Source: Atopobium sp.
GTDB taxonomy: Bacteria > Actinomycetota > Coriobacteriia > Coriobacteriales > Atopobiaceae
DNA length: 64,000 nucleotides
NCBI GenBank assembly: GCA_018380095.1
Contig: JAGZUI010000001.1
Coordinates: 172,111-236,110 of the forward strand
Direction: 5' to 3'
The notes beneath the pieces are model-generated. The model saw only the letters and a program-made list of their open reading frames with translations. It was not told the DNA's origin and did not search any database. Positions 38,912-49,594 of this stretch are shown in pieces. The position numbers and the translations under genes are program-made. The first letter of the stretch is position 1. Each line of letters starts with the position of its first letter.

Positions 38912-39388
38912 CTACTCAGTAGGATCAGCAGATTCTGGAAGATTGTCTACCAGGTCATCCTCGGAAAGCTCAAAGGCTGGAGCCAAAGTATCCTCTGGAA
39001 GATCGGCATAAGGAATCTCAGAAGTCATAGCGCCCTCAATATCTAGCTCTACACGAGGAGCGTCCGCCCAAAGTCGCTCAAGACGATAGTAGGACCTTAC
39101 CTCAGGCTGGAATACGTGAACAACAACTGAACCGTAATCAATAAGAATCCAATTGAGACCGTCGCGACCCTCAGTAGAAATTGGACGAATGCCGCAGTTT
39201 GCCGTGACCTTCTCGCGAACTTCATCAACAATAGCGTCAGCCAAACGAGCATTTCCACCAGTGCAGATAACAAAGTAATCGCAAACATCACTGAGACCAG
39301 TTAGATCTAGTACCAGAATATCTTCAGCTTTCTTTTGATCTGCTGCAATTGCAGCAGTCTTTGCAAGCTCAAGTGAAGTTACAGCCAT
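38912..39388 (-). CDS. rsfS: ribosomal silencing factor RsfS (Iojap) with acidic C-terminal extension
   Basis: 158 aa, Iojap core; nadD-yqeK-rsfS synteny. Confidence 0.85.
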   Translation of the reverse strand: MAVTSLELAKTAAIAADQKKAEDILVLDLTGLSDVCDYFVICTGGNARLADAIVDEVREKVTANCGIRPISTEGRDGLNWILIDYGSVVVHVFQPEVRSYYRLERLWADAPRVELDIEGAMTSEIPYADLPEDTLAPAFELSEDDLVDNLPESADPTE

Positions 39389-39417
39389 GAATTTCTCCGT
39401 TTTCTCATGTAGCCAGG

Positions 39418-40056
39418 CTACTTAGATGTCTTCTCAATCATCTCATTGTATAGGGCAATTGAGTTTGGATACAAATAACTCCTTGATGAAATCACATACA
39501 TCATAACGCTACAAAACGCCGTCTCATAAAGCTCATCGAGAGAACCGCCACGTAAATATACGTTTCTTGCTTCTTCGACCGATGTAAAGTTTGGACGCAG
39601 AGGCTCAATAAGATCAGCTACATACAAGATTTTGTCTAGCTTGCTCATCTGGCGGTCGCCCGCAGTGTGCTTCTGAATGGCGCTGAGAATCTGCTCAGAA
39701 AGCCAAGGATAGATGGCTGGTAGCGTTTTTGCGGCGAGAGGACCATGTAAGAGCCCAACAATTTTCTGATAAGGAGCTTCTGTCTGGATACGAAAGCGCT
39801 CTGCCAGTTCAATGGTTTCTGCATCAGGAAGAAGTTTCTCCCAATCATGCAAAATACCTGCAACGCGAGCGCTCAACATATCTGCACCATAAGCCTGCGC
39901 AAGCGTTTCTGCACAATGTCCCACAGAGATAGAATGCGCAAAACGCTTAGGGTTCTTGTGATACATATGACTCTTCAAATCAGACTCAAGCTGATCAATG
40001 AGCGCCTGTTGTTCTGCGGTGTAGACAATATCTTTTGCTATAAGTGTTCTTTCCAT
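39418..40056 (-). CDS. yqeK: YqeK-type HD-domain bis(5'-nucleosyl)-tetraphosphatase
   Basis: 212 aa, HD motif ILHDWEK; follows nadD. Confidence 0.8.
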   Translation of the reverse strand: MERTLIAKDIVYTAEQQALIDQLESDLKSHMYHKNPKRFAHSISVGHCAETLAQAYGADMLSARVAGILHDWEKLLPDAETIELAERFRIQTEAPYQKIVGLLHGPLAAKTLPAIYPWLSEQILSAIQKHTAGDRQMSKLDKILYVADLIEPLRPNFTSVEEARNVYLRGGSLDELYETAFCSVMMYVISSRSYLYPNSIALYNEMIEKTSK

Positions 40057-40160
40057 TATGTCCTACAAATTATTGAGTCAAACCTGATCTCCACCTGTTT
40101 GACACTGCCCTGATACGAGCGTATGTCAATCTGAGCAGCGGGTCGCTTTGGCTTGACCAC

Positions 40161-40847
40161 TTAATTGAGTGGCGTTGTGTCGGCGCCATAAAGCCCATGC
40201 TTGTGAATGTAACCTGTTACAGAATCGGGAGTTAGATATCTGAGGCTCTGACCATTTTGAACTCTACTACGCAAGTAGCTTGATGAGATTGCTAGTGCGG
40301 GAACCTCAAGATAGGTTACCTTGAAGTCATAGAGTGAGTCTGCAATAACCTTTTGAGCACGACTCAGCTCATAACCAGGACGCGTTGCAGCAACAAAGTG
40401 AGCAAGCTCAGCTACGGTCTGTGCATCTTTCCAGGTGACAATATCAGCAATTGCATCTGCACCAGTAATAAAGAAAAATTCAACGTTAGAGGGATATACC
40501 TTACGCAATCTTCTGAGCGTTTCAGCGGTGTAGGTGATGCCCTCATAATCCACCTCAAAACGAGAAGCAACAAAATGAGGATTATCTGAGGTTGCCAGAA
40601 GCGTCATTGAGTAACGGTCTTCTCCCCTGGTAACTCCCTTATTTTGTTTGAACGCAGGGCGACCAGCAGGCATAAAGACAACCACATCAAGATCCAAATC
40701 ATCATATGCCTGCTCAGCGGCTACCAAGTGACCGTTATGAATGGGGTCAAAGGTTCCACCCATGATTCCCAGACGATAGGTGCGGTTTTTATCCTGTCCC
40801 AAACGAGGCAGGCCAGGGTGCATGTTATTTAAGACGTCGGCTGCCAT
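40161..40847 (-). CDS. nadD: nicotinate-nucleotide adenylyltransferase
   Basis: GIMGGTFDPIHNGH (HxGH) motif. Confidence 0.9.
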   Translation of the reverse strand: MAADVLNNMHPGLPRLGQDKNRTYRLGIMGGTFDPIHNGHLVAAEQAYDDLDLDVVVFMPAGRPAFKQNKGVTRGEDRYSMTLLATSDNPHFVASRFEVDYEGITYTAETLRRLRKVYPSNVEFFFITGADAIADIVTWKDAQTVAELAHFVAATRPGYELSRAQKVIADSLYDFKVTYLEVPALAISSSYLRSRVQNGQSLRYLTPDSVTGYIHKHGLYGADTTPLN

Positions 40848-40850
40848 ACT

Positions 40851-42368
<1,518 letters not shown>

Positions 42369-43118
42369 TTATGAGAACACGAGGATAACAACAATTACTG
42401 CAACACCAAGAATCATCAAAGCAAAGTCTGATGGAGCCAAAGGATAGCGTTTAAATGCAGATGAAGCGTTCCTTAAATAGAAACCTCGTTGCTCAGCTGC
42501 AAGTGCCGAAGCATCAGCTTTTTTAACGGAACTTACCAACAAAGGAACAATCAAAGGCATGGTGAGCTGGAGCTTCTTAATTGGATTTTTGGTATCAAAC
42601 TCAACGCCACGAGCCATCTGAGCCTCCATAATATGGTTCATCTCGGAAGCAAAGACAGGCACAAAGCGCAAAACAGTTGCAATGGTAAACGCATAAGGAT
42701 AAGGAACATGCGCGACTTCTACCAGCGCATTCATGAGGTCTTCTACGCGCATAAGCGAGAGCATAGAAAGCAGCGGCAGTGCCAGCGCAATTGTTTTTAG
42801 GGCAACGTTAAAGCCGCGCTCCAAACCACCTACCGTGATGAATAAAAAGAGCGTTTGACCAGCAGGGGCAACAAGCGTCTGTACAACACACAAGATAAGA
42901 CCTAAGACAGCAAAGCCAAATACCAGCTTAAAAGTCTTCTGAGCATTCTGTGAGACAACTCCCACGCAAATAGTGAGCGCGAGCACTGCAAGCACCTCAA
43001 GCGTTCCTTGGGCGGCAAAGGCGGCCACAAAGAGCTCAAGCGCAAACACAAGCTTGGCCACAGGATTTGCCTTATGAAGGAAGCTTGTTCCTTCGGTGTA
43101 ATCAATAACACTACCCAC
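42369..43118 (-). CDS. ecfT: ECF transporter transmembrane T component (start moved to GTG at 43118, which has an AAGGAGG RBS)
   Basis: CbiQ/EcfT-like 5-6 TM protein; perfect SD AAGGAGG 6 nt upstream of GTG; overlaps ecfA stop by 8 nt. Confidence 0.85.
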   Translation of the reverse strand: MGSVIDYTEGTSFLHKANPVAKLVFALELFVAAFAAQGTLEVLAVLALTICVGVVSQNAQKTFKLVFGFAVLGLILCVVQTLVAPAGQTLFLFITVGGLERGFNVALKTIALALPLLSMLSLMRVEDLMNALVEVAHVPYPYAFTIATVLRFVPVFASEMNHIMEAQMARGVEFDTKNPIKKLQLTMPLIVPLLVSSVKKADASALAAEQRGFYLRNASSAFKRYPLAPSDFALMILGVAVIVVILVFS

Positions 43119-45036
43119 GAGGAGCCTCCTTACCATTAAGCGTTGCTGCAATACGAGCAATCTCAAACTGATGCTGCAATGCGTCAAGCACCTCTGAAGC
43201 ACTGCTAAGCTCAGCAAATGATGAATCCACATGCTCCCCTACAAGCTTTGACAGCTGAATCATCTGAGGAGCCTCAACATACGCTTCCTTCAAAACCTCA
43301 TCTGTCGAGAAGATCTGTGTAACTTCTCCATCATCTAACACGCTACCATGAGCCATAACGACAATTCTTGTGGCAAAGTCCAGCACAACCTCCATGTCAT
43401 GACAGACCATAAGAACTGCACAGCCTTTCTCGCACAGTGATTTGACCATATTCATGACCTGCATGCACTCTTTGTAATCCAGACCCGAAGTTGGCTCATC
43501 AAGCACAAGAATATCTGGCTCGCAGGCAACCACAGATGCAAGTGCTACCATCTGACGCTGACCGCGAGAAAGCATAAACGGCGACGCGTCCGCATCAAGC
43601 CCCATGCGATCAATTACTTCAAGCGCTTTCTTGCGCGCATCTTCTGCAGACGCAGCCTTGAGCTCAAGACCAAACGCAATCTCCTCAAGGACACTCTCTT
43701 TGCAAATCTGGTAATCGGGATTTTGGAACAGCGTAGAGACGTGTTGAGCAATCTGCGACGTCTTCCAATCCTTGCACGATGCACCCTTAATCTGAATATC
43801 TCCAGATCGAGGACGCAACAGGCCATTTACCAGCTTAGTTAGAGTTGTTTTACCTGCACCGTTTTGGCCGACGAGTGCCACAAGCTCGCCAGGGCGCAAG
43901 GTGAGGGAGACGCGCTCAACGCCATCAGTACTCCCCTGATATTTGAAGGTAGCATCAATAACATCAAGAACAGACTGAGTGCTTGGCTGGTCAGCGTCTT
44001 GAAGAACACCAATTCTGTCAAAAGGCCCGCTCGATTCAGCGATCACAGGGCCATCTATTTTTGGAAGATGCGTCTCCCCTGCTAACTCAACGTCATTAGT
44101 AGCTAATGGTTGAGAGCCCTCTGTAAGAGAAATGCTGCGATGCTGGAGAGCGCCTACACAGCACGCAAGCTGCTTGGCGGCTGACTGAACTGATAGCGCA
44201 GTTTCATCGCAGACAGCTCTGTTCGCCTCAGATAACAAGTGAGCATACTCAGACTGATGGGAGAGCTCATAGACGCCCTTTGAGACGCGCACGCAACGAG
44301 GAACATCAACGCCAACCTCTTGCAGTAAATCTACCTGAGAGAACACTTCCTCACAGCTACCGTATGCACAAATGGAGCCCTTGTCCATAACGGCAATCTT
44401 TGAGCAATACTTAGCGAGAAGACCCACTTTTTGCTCAATTACCACAACCGTAATGCCTTTGGTTTTGTTGAGCTCTGAAAGGGTCTGGAAGATTAACTCG
44501 GACGACGTTGGATCCAAAGCAGCTGTTGGCTCATCAAGCACCATAACTTGTGGCTGAAGCGCCAAAAGTGCTGCTATAGCAACCTTTTGCATCTGTCCAC
44601 CAGAAAGAGAAGCAATCTCTCTAAAGCGGAGGTTAGCAATACCAACTGTCTCTAGAGCATAGGTAATGCGTTCTGGAATATCTGCATGAGGAACCTCAAA
44701 GTTCTCAAGACCAAAAAGAAGTTCATCCTCAACAATTGAAGCAACCATCTGCGCGTTGATATCCTGGGTTACAGAACCCACAATTTTAGAGATATCAGTC
44801 AGCGCAACTGTGCAGGTATCCATTCCAGCAACAAGAATCTTTCCAAAGAAACTTCCTCTGAAGTGATGAGGAATAGCGCCGGAAAGTGCAAGAGCAAGCG
44901 TGGACTTGCCTGCGCCAGAAGGACCAACAATACCTACAAAGTCACCCTCCTGAACACTCAGTGACAGCTCATTCAGAGCGTGCACTGAGCTATCAGGATA
45001 GCTATATGACACAGATTGAACTTCAATAATAGACAC
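43111..45036 (-). CDS. ecfA: ECF transporter fused tandem ATPase (EcfA-EcfA' in one polypeptide)
   Basis: 641 aa with two complete ABC cassettes (GPSGAGKST ... LSGGQ ... and GQNGAGKTT ... LSRGQ ...). Confidence 0.9.
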   Translation of the reverse strand: MSIIEVQSVSYSYPDSSVHALNELSLSVQEGDFVGIVGPSGAGKSTLALALSGAIPHHFRGSFFGKILVAGMDTCTVALTDISKIVGSVTQDINAQMVASIVEDELLFGLENFEVPHADIPERITYALETVGIANLRFREIASLSGGQMQKVAIAALLALQPQVMVLDEPTAALDPTSSELIFQTLSELNKTKGITVVVIEQKVGLLAKYCSKIAVMDKGSICAYGSCEEVFSQVDLLQEVGVDVPRCVRVSKGVYELSHQSEYAHLLSEANRAVCDETALSVQSAAKQLACCVGALQHRSISLTEGSQPLATNDVELAGETHLPKIDGPVIAESSGPFDRIGVLQDADQPSTQSVLDVIDATFKYQGSTDGVERVSLTLRPGELVALVGQNGAGKTTLTKLVNGLLRPRSGDIQIKGASCKDWKTSQIAQHVSTLFQNPDYQICKESVLEEIAFGLELKAASAEDARKKALEVIDRMGLDADASPFMLSRGQRQMVALASVVACEPDILVLDEPTSGLDYKECMQVMNMVKSLCEKGCAVLMVCHDMEVVLDFATRIVVMAHGSVLDDGEVTQIFSTDEVLKEAYVEAPQMIQLSKLVGEHVDSSFAELSSASEVLDALQHQFEIARIAATLNGKEAPRG

Positions 45037-45071
45037 AGTGTTCTCCAGGAAATAAGTGCGTATCTAAGAAC

Positions 45072-45665
45072 TTATCGACCCAAAACCTTCTTAAGAGGAG
45101 CCGCAAGAACCTGAACAACAATAGCATTAAAGAATGCAGTTCCCACGATGACAGGAAGCATTACGTAGAAAAGCTCAATAGTTGCACCTTTGGCTGGAAT
45201 AGCAATGGCAGCAAAGATGAGGCCAGAAATAAGTGTGGTTACAAAAGAGCCAATTGCAGGCATTACTGGCTTATCTGCAAGAGCGGACTTTGTGAAGGCA
45301 AACATAACAAGTGAAGCTGCGCCCTCTGCAACAAAATCAGCACCAGGGACAGAGGTGGTGAGCTGAATAACGGTAGCTGCGATAAGACCAATTACCAGGC
45401 TCTGAACAGCGTTTGGCTTAAGCAAAAGAATAGCCAGGCAGAACGAAGAAATAATAAACTCTGGACCAATTCCAATAGCACTAATTGCCTTACCAACAGT
45501 CAGGTTAAGAATAAAACCAGCAGCAATAAGGACGGCAACAAGGACTAGAGAAGTAACGTCCAATACTCCTGCATTTTTTGAAACAGCAACAACACGTGGT
45601 GCCTGCTCTGCAGATCCTGTCTCTGTGCCTGCGGCGTTACCTTCATTGAGATTTTCTGTAGACAT
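45072..45665 (-). CDS. ECF transporter substrate-specific S component; substrate unknown, tryptophan suggested by the leader
   Basis: 197 aa, about 6 TM, first gene of the S-A-T module; preceded by an attenuator-like leader. Confidence 0.65.
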   Translation of the reverse strand: MSTENLNEGNAAGTETGSAEQAPRVVAVSKNAGVLDVTSLVLVAVLIAAGFILNLTVGKAISAIGIGPEFIISSFCLAILLLKPNAVQSLVIGLIAATVIQLTTSVPGADFVAEGAASLVMFAFTKSALADKPVMPAIGSFVTTLISGLIFAAIAIPAKGATIELFYVMLPVIVGTAFFNAIVVQVLAAPLKKVLGR

Positions 45666-45758
45666 ACAAACTCCTTTAACGCAAAACTAAAACGTACAAA
45701 TAAAACTTTTAACAACACGGGTTTCTCGCCATCCGGATTTAGCAAGAAACGTACGCAC

Positions 45759-45786
45759 AAAAAAAGCTCTCGGTCACCCGAGAGCC
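45759..45786 (-). terminator. intrinsic terminator inside the 5' leader of the ECF operon (attenuator)
   Basis: GGCTCTCGG gtga CCGAGAGC then T7 on minus strand, 24 nt after the leader-peptide stop and about 95 nt before the S-component ATG. Confidence 0.75.
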
Positions 45787-45810
45787 TCTAAATGCGTATG
45801 CAGAAGCAAC

Positions 45811-45873
45811 TCATCGCTGACCGGAGAAAGACAAGTTGTTCCACCACCACTGCTGAGTGCATGTAGCGCGCAT
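45811..45873 (-). CDS. putative leader peptide MRATCTQQWWWNNLSFSGQR (three tandem Trp codons)
   Basis: ATG with GGAGGAGG 6 nt upstream; 20 codons including TGG TGG TGG; ends TGA just before the terminator hairpin. Confidence 0.45.
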   Translation of the reverse strand: MRATCTQQWWWNNLSFSGQR

Positions 45874-45913
45874 GATATGTCCTCCTCCCAAGAGCGTAAA
45901 TTGCAATGTAAGA

Positions 45914-45944
45914 AGAATACCATTACTTTGTCAGATTGTGTCAA
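45914..45944 (-). promoter_or_regulatory. putative sigma-70 type promoter for the ECF operon (TTGACA -35, TG-n-TATTCT -10, 19-nt spacer)
   Basis: Perfect TTGACA at 45939-45944 (minus); weak extended -10; located between the rpmA terminator and the leader peptide. Confidence 0.35.
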
Positions 45945-46004
45945 GAAATACATTAAGAAACAAATTAGAAACTGTGAACGGTACGCGTAAGATACCGCGA
46001 GAAA

Positions 46005-46029
46005 CAAAAAAGGGATCCCGAAGGACCCC
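46005..46029 (-). terminator. intrinsic terminator downstream of rpmA
   Basis: GGGGTCC ttcg GGATCCC then T7 on minus strand. Confidence 0.8.
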
Positions 46030-46058
46030 TTGAATGAACTGCGAATGTTCAAGAAAAC

Positions 46059-46313
46059 TTATGCCTCAGCAGCAACGACGTTAACGACGTGCTTAGCACC
46101 CTTCTTGAACTCAACAACGCCATCGCAAAGTGCAAAGAGAGTGTCATCCTTGCCGCGACCAACGTTTACGCCAGGAGTGATGTGCGTACCACGCTGACGG
46201 ATGATAATCTGGCCAGCCTTGATTGCCTGACCACCGTAAATCTTAACGCCAAGGCGCTGTGCTTGTGAGTCGCGACCATTGCGGGAAGAGCCGAGACCTT
46301 TCTTGTGTGCCAT
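46059..46313 (-). CDS. rpmA: 50S ribosomal protein L27
   Basis: 84 aa, [16 protein letters not shown]. Confidence 0.95.
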   Translation of the reverse strand: MAHKKGLGSSRNGRDSQAQRLGVKIYGGQAIKAGQIIIRQRGTHITPGVNVGRGKDDTLFALCDGVVEFKKGAKHVVNVVAAEA

Positions 46314-46351
46314 AAATGCTACCTGCCTATCTCAATATCAGAAGTGACCAA

Positions 46352-46702
46352 TTACTCTGCAGACTCGTCGGATGCCTTAGCAGCAGCCTTACGAGCGGTA
46401 GGGAGCGCGGTAACCTTCAGCTTAGTAAGGTTCTGACGGTGACCGTTGGCGCGGTGATAGCGCTTACGCTTGTGGAACTTGAAGACGAGGACCTTCTTGT
46501 CCTTGTACTGCTCAAGAACCTCACAGGTAACCTTCTTAGAGGAAAGAGTGGCAGCGTCAGCAACAACCTTCTTGCCGTCGTTAAGCATAAGAACATCAAG
46601 CTTTACCTTATCGCCAGGCTGCGCATCAAGCTTCTCGACGCTGATTACGTCGCCCTTGGCAACCTTATACTGCTTGCCACCAGTTGCTACGATTGCGTAC
46701 AT
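46352..46702 (-). CDS. rplU: 50S ribosomal protein L21
   Basis: 116 aa, MYAIVATGGKQYKV. Confidence 0.95.
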   Translation of the reverse strand: MYAIVATGGKQYKVAKGDVISVEKLDAQPGDKVKLDVLMLNDGKKVVADAATLSSKKVTCEVLEQYKDKKVLVFKFHKRKRYHRANGHRQNLTKLKVTALPTARKAAAKASDESAE

Positions 46703-46758
46703 GTGTGTAACCCTTCATTGCTGATTCTTGCAACGATTAATACTATCTTTGTATTTCT

Positions 46759-46780
46759 GAAGATCCGAGCAAAGATCTTC
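46759..46780 (-). promoter_or_regulatory. perfect 7-bp hairpin GAAGATC/GATCTTC in the rplU 5' UTR
   Basis: Seen directly, about 55 nt upstream of the rplU start within a 195-nt untranslated region. Confidence 0.35.
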
Positions 46781-46897
46781 GCCGCCGTGACCTGTGGCAT
46801 CCGCGGGAAACTGTCGGTGTCCCATGTCCCTCGGCGAGAAACACAACTCGAAATAGTCTACTGCATATTTCAGAAAATTCCAAGACAAAACTACATG

Positions 46898-47719
46898 TTA
46901 TAGAGGCTTCACAAGGAGTCCATTTTCTGAAACGTGTGCCTGTGAGACTCGGCACACCTTCAACGAGTCAATGCCTTGTAGGCCATCCACTCCAGCTTGA
47001 GCTGCAATTCTTTGAGCCTCATAAATCAAAACTGCAGGTCTAAGCGCTGCTCTTGGATCTTGGAGTGTATCAAGCTCAAATGAAATGCACGTTTCAGATG
47101 AGCTCTCAGAAATCTTATAGCCCGCAAACGTTGTCTCTAAATTGACCACTTTTTGCTTGTCTCCGCGCATGTATGTCAGCTCTTTTTTGGCGAGAAGATC
47201 CTCAAACCCCCAACGCAGCGCATCTGACCTAAGACCTTCTCCCAAAATGTCACATCTCCAATGAGCGGCATTCAACCATGCTTCAAGCGCTGGTAGCGAC
47301 CGATCAACGTAGCTGGCAGCAAACGGAGCAAGCGCGGGAGGCGTAGCCGACAACAACCTCTCTAATGCTTCATCCGGGTCCACGTATTTTGTGAGCTTCA
47401 AGTCAAAGTACTCCGCCTCAGACGAAGCGCCAACGGGAAGCGCCTGAGAGAACTGAACGCCCATGCGCTTTGCAAAGCCATTACCTACTCTAAACGGCAG
47501 CTGAGCTCGGCGAACACAGCGCTCAATGGTACCAATAAGCTCAAGGTGTCCTAAAAACGCAAGGCGGTTGTCTTTCTTGTAAGCCACGCGAAGCCTAAAA
47601 ATCTCTGCTCCGCGCTCCGTCATAATCTCTGGCTGAATCTGCGGTCTACCAGCGCGCCAATCTTTCTTCGCCGGTTCAACCACCTCAGGAGCTACGCTCT
47701 CTATCTGCGTATCTGTCAT
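46898..47719 (-). CDS. radical-SAM-linked protein (DUF2344 / TIGR03936-like)
   Basis: 273 aa; overlaps the upstream radical SAM gene by 4 nt; family assignment by recollection of the conserved pairing. Confidence 0.65.
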   Translation of the reverse strand: MTDTQIESVAPEVVEPAKKDWRAGRPQIQPEIMTERGAEIFRLRVAYKKDNRLAFLGHLELIGTIERCVRRAQLPFRVGNGFAKRMGVQFSQALPVGASSEAEYFDLKLTKYVDPDEALERLLSATPPALAPFAASYVDRSLPALEAWLNAAHWRCDILGEGLRSDALRWGFEDLLAKKELTYMRGDKQKVVNLETTFAGYKISESSSETCISFELDTLQDPRAALRPAVLIYEAQRIAAQAGVDGLQGIDSLKVCRVSQAHVSENGLLVKPL

Positions 47720-49581
47720 GAGCGCACCCCCATCAAAACGTTGTCAACCTTTAAGGTTTGGCATACCGCACATCCCGTACAAGAGGTAAACGTGCAGTCA
47801 GGTGTGGTGACCTCGTCCATCGCTTTGCGATATTCTCGCTGTAAATACCCCTTGGAGACGCCAGGAGACGTGTGATCCCATGGAAGTTTTGCCTGGATAT
47901 CAAAGGTTTCTGTTGCAATTTCAGAGAGCGAGAAACCCAGACTTTCTGCAGCTGCATTCCAAGCATCAAGGTTAAACTCACTGGTCCACGCATCAAACTT
48001 GCAACCATTTTCCCATGCCTGGTAAATCAGATCAAAGCCGTCGCGGCCCATCTTTGACAGCGCGCCTTCTACCAGCGAAGTGCCAGAATCATGATAGGCA
48101 ATCTTGAGTCCCCTATCGTGGTTAGAAGACAGTAATAACTGCTGCCTACGCTGGGCTTCCTCACGAGAAATCTGACCAACCCACTGGAATGGTGTGTAGG
48201 ACTTGGGAACAAATACGGCAACAGAAGCAGAAACCGTAACGCCCTTGCCGCCAATTTCTCGGCCGATGTCCAAAATACGCTTTGCAACTGCAGGAATAGC
48301 TTGGATGTCCTCGTCAGTCTCGGTTGGAAGGCCCATCATAAAGTAGAGCTTCATGCGGCGCCAACCGTTTTCAAACGCGTTTCTTGCCGCAGATTCAAGA
48401 TCATCCTCGGTGACGTTCTTGTTGATAACATCACGCATGCGCTGTGAGCCTGCTTCTGGCGCAAACGTCAGGCCACCGCGCCTTGAAGTAGAAACTGCGT
48501 CTGCCATCTCCGCGCCAAACGCGTCCATACGCTGTGACGGAATAGAGATGCGCACGCCACGTTTACGTAGGTCAGAATTCATACGGCGAAGAATATAGCC
48601 ACACTGAGAGTGATCTGTTGTAGAGAGCGACGTGAGCGAAACCTCATCATAGCCACTCTTCAGAAGACCTTCCTCACCTGCTTTAACAATCTGTTGAGCC
48701 GGGCGCTCACGAACAGGTCGATAGGTCATACCAGCCTGACAAAACCTGCATCCACGAGCGCATCCGCGCTGAATCTCAAGCGCCAGCCTGTCTTGCACAA
48801 TCTCGGTATACGGAACAATGCGCTGAGCCACAGGGTCAGTCACCGAAAGATCTGGCAGACAGCGCTTATACACCACGCTTGGAGCGTCACTTCCCTCTTT
48901 AGGAACCGCATAACCCCAGCGTGTTGCGGTGTCGTCCTTCACAATCTGATAGAGCGATGGCACGTAGACACCCTGAATCTGAGACAACCTATGCAAAATC
49001 TCTTGGCGAGAAACCCCGTCTAGCTTGGAAGTTCTTACGCACTCGCACATCTCTACCAGCGCTTCTTCGCCATCACCTAAAAGAATGGCATCAAAAAGCG
49101 GAGCCACGGGTTCTGAGTTCCAAACAGATGGACCGCCACCAAAAATAAGTGGATCTTCTTCATCACGCTCTTCGGAAAGCTTTGGAATACCTGCTAGGTC
49201 AAGCGTTTCTATAATATTGGTAGCAATCATTTCATGCGCAAGGGTGAAGCCCACCACATCAAAAGATGCTAAAGGCGCGGCACCCTCCAAAGAAAGCAAA
49301 GGAACATTGCGTTTACGCATGAGAGTTGCCATATCAGTCCAAGGCAGATAGGCGCGCTCACAAGAAATATAAGGTGCCTTATTCAGAGCGTTATACAAAA
49401 TAGCGATGCCCAGATTAGGCTGACCTACCTCGTACACGTCGGCGTAAACCATACAAACGTGAAAAGGGCCTTCTTGCGCCTCTACCGCTCCCCACTCGTG
49501 ATTCAAATATCTTGAGGGTTTCTCGACATGTGGAAGCATGGGCTCGATGAGATGGAAGAGATTTTCTCGTTTAACACGCAC
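47716..49581 (-). CDS. B12-binding domain radical SAM protein (TIGR03960-like)
   Basis: 621 aa; CARGCRFC (CxxxCxxC) cluster, N-terminal B12-binding-like domain. Confidence 0.85.
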   Translation of the reverse strand: MRVKRENLFHLIEPMLPHVEKPSRYLNHEWGAVEAQEGPFHVCMVYADVYEVGQPNLGIAILYNALNKAPYISCERAYLPWTDMATLMRKRNVPLLSLEGAAPLASFDVVGFTLAHEMIATNIIETLDLAGIPKLSEERDEEDPLIFGGGPSVWNSEPVAPLFDAILLGDGEEALVEMCECVRTSKLDGVSRQEILHRLSQIQGVYVPSLYQIVKDDTATRWGYAVPKEGSDAPSVVYKRCLPDLSVTDPVAQRIVPYTEIVQDRLALEIQRGCARGCRFCQAGMTYRPVRERPAQQIVKAGEEGLLKSGYDEVSLTSLSTTDHSQCGYILRRMNSDLRKRGVRISIPSQRMDAFGAEMADAVSTSRRGGLTFAPEAGSQRMRDVINKNVTEDDLESAARNAFENGWRRMKLYFMMGLPTETDEDIQAIPAVAKRILDIGREIGGKGVTVSASVAVFVPKSYTPFQWVGQISREEAQRRQQLLLSSNHDRGLKIAYHDSGTSLVEGALSKMGRDGFDLIYQAWENGCKFDAWTSEFNLDAWNAAAESLGFSLSEIATETFDIQAKLPWDHTSPGVSKGYLQREYRKAMDEVTTPDCTFTSCTGCAVCQTLKVDNVLMGVRS

Positions 49582-49594
49582 GATAGTCTACTTT

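Noticed and set aside
38897-38925. Small hairpin CCTAC-tca-GTAGG at the convergent dinB/rsfS junction as a bidirectional terminator
   Set aside because: The stem is only 5 bp, there is no U-tract on either strand, and it lies inside the rsfS coding sequence.
45759-45960. T-box riboswitch as the alternative explanation for the Trp-related leader
   Set aside because: The leader from the putative TSS to the terminator is only about 150 nt, and no AGAGA/GNUGA/T-box consensus was recognised. The GGTGGTGG stretch is the Trp codons themselves, and the strong SD plus ATG favours a translated leader peptide.
45774-46052. 92-aa minus-strand ORF covering the ECF leader region
   Set aside because: It reads through both the rpmA terminator and the attenuator hairpin, has no RBS and uses a different frame from the SD-preceded WWW leader peptide. 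It is spurious.
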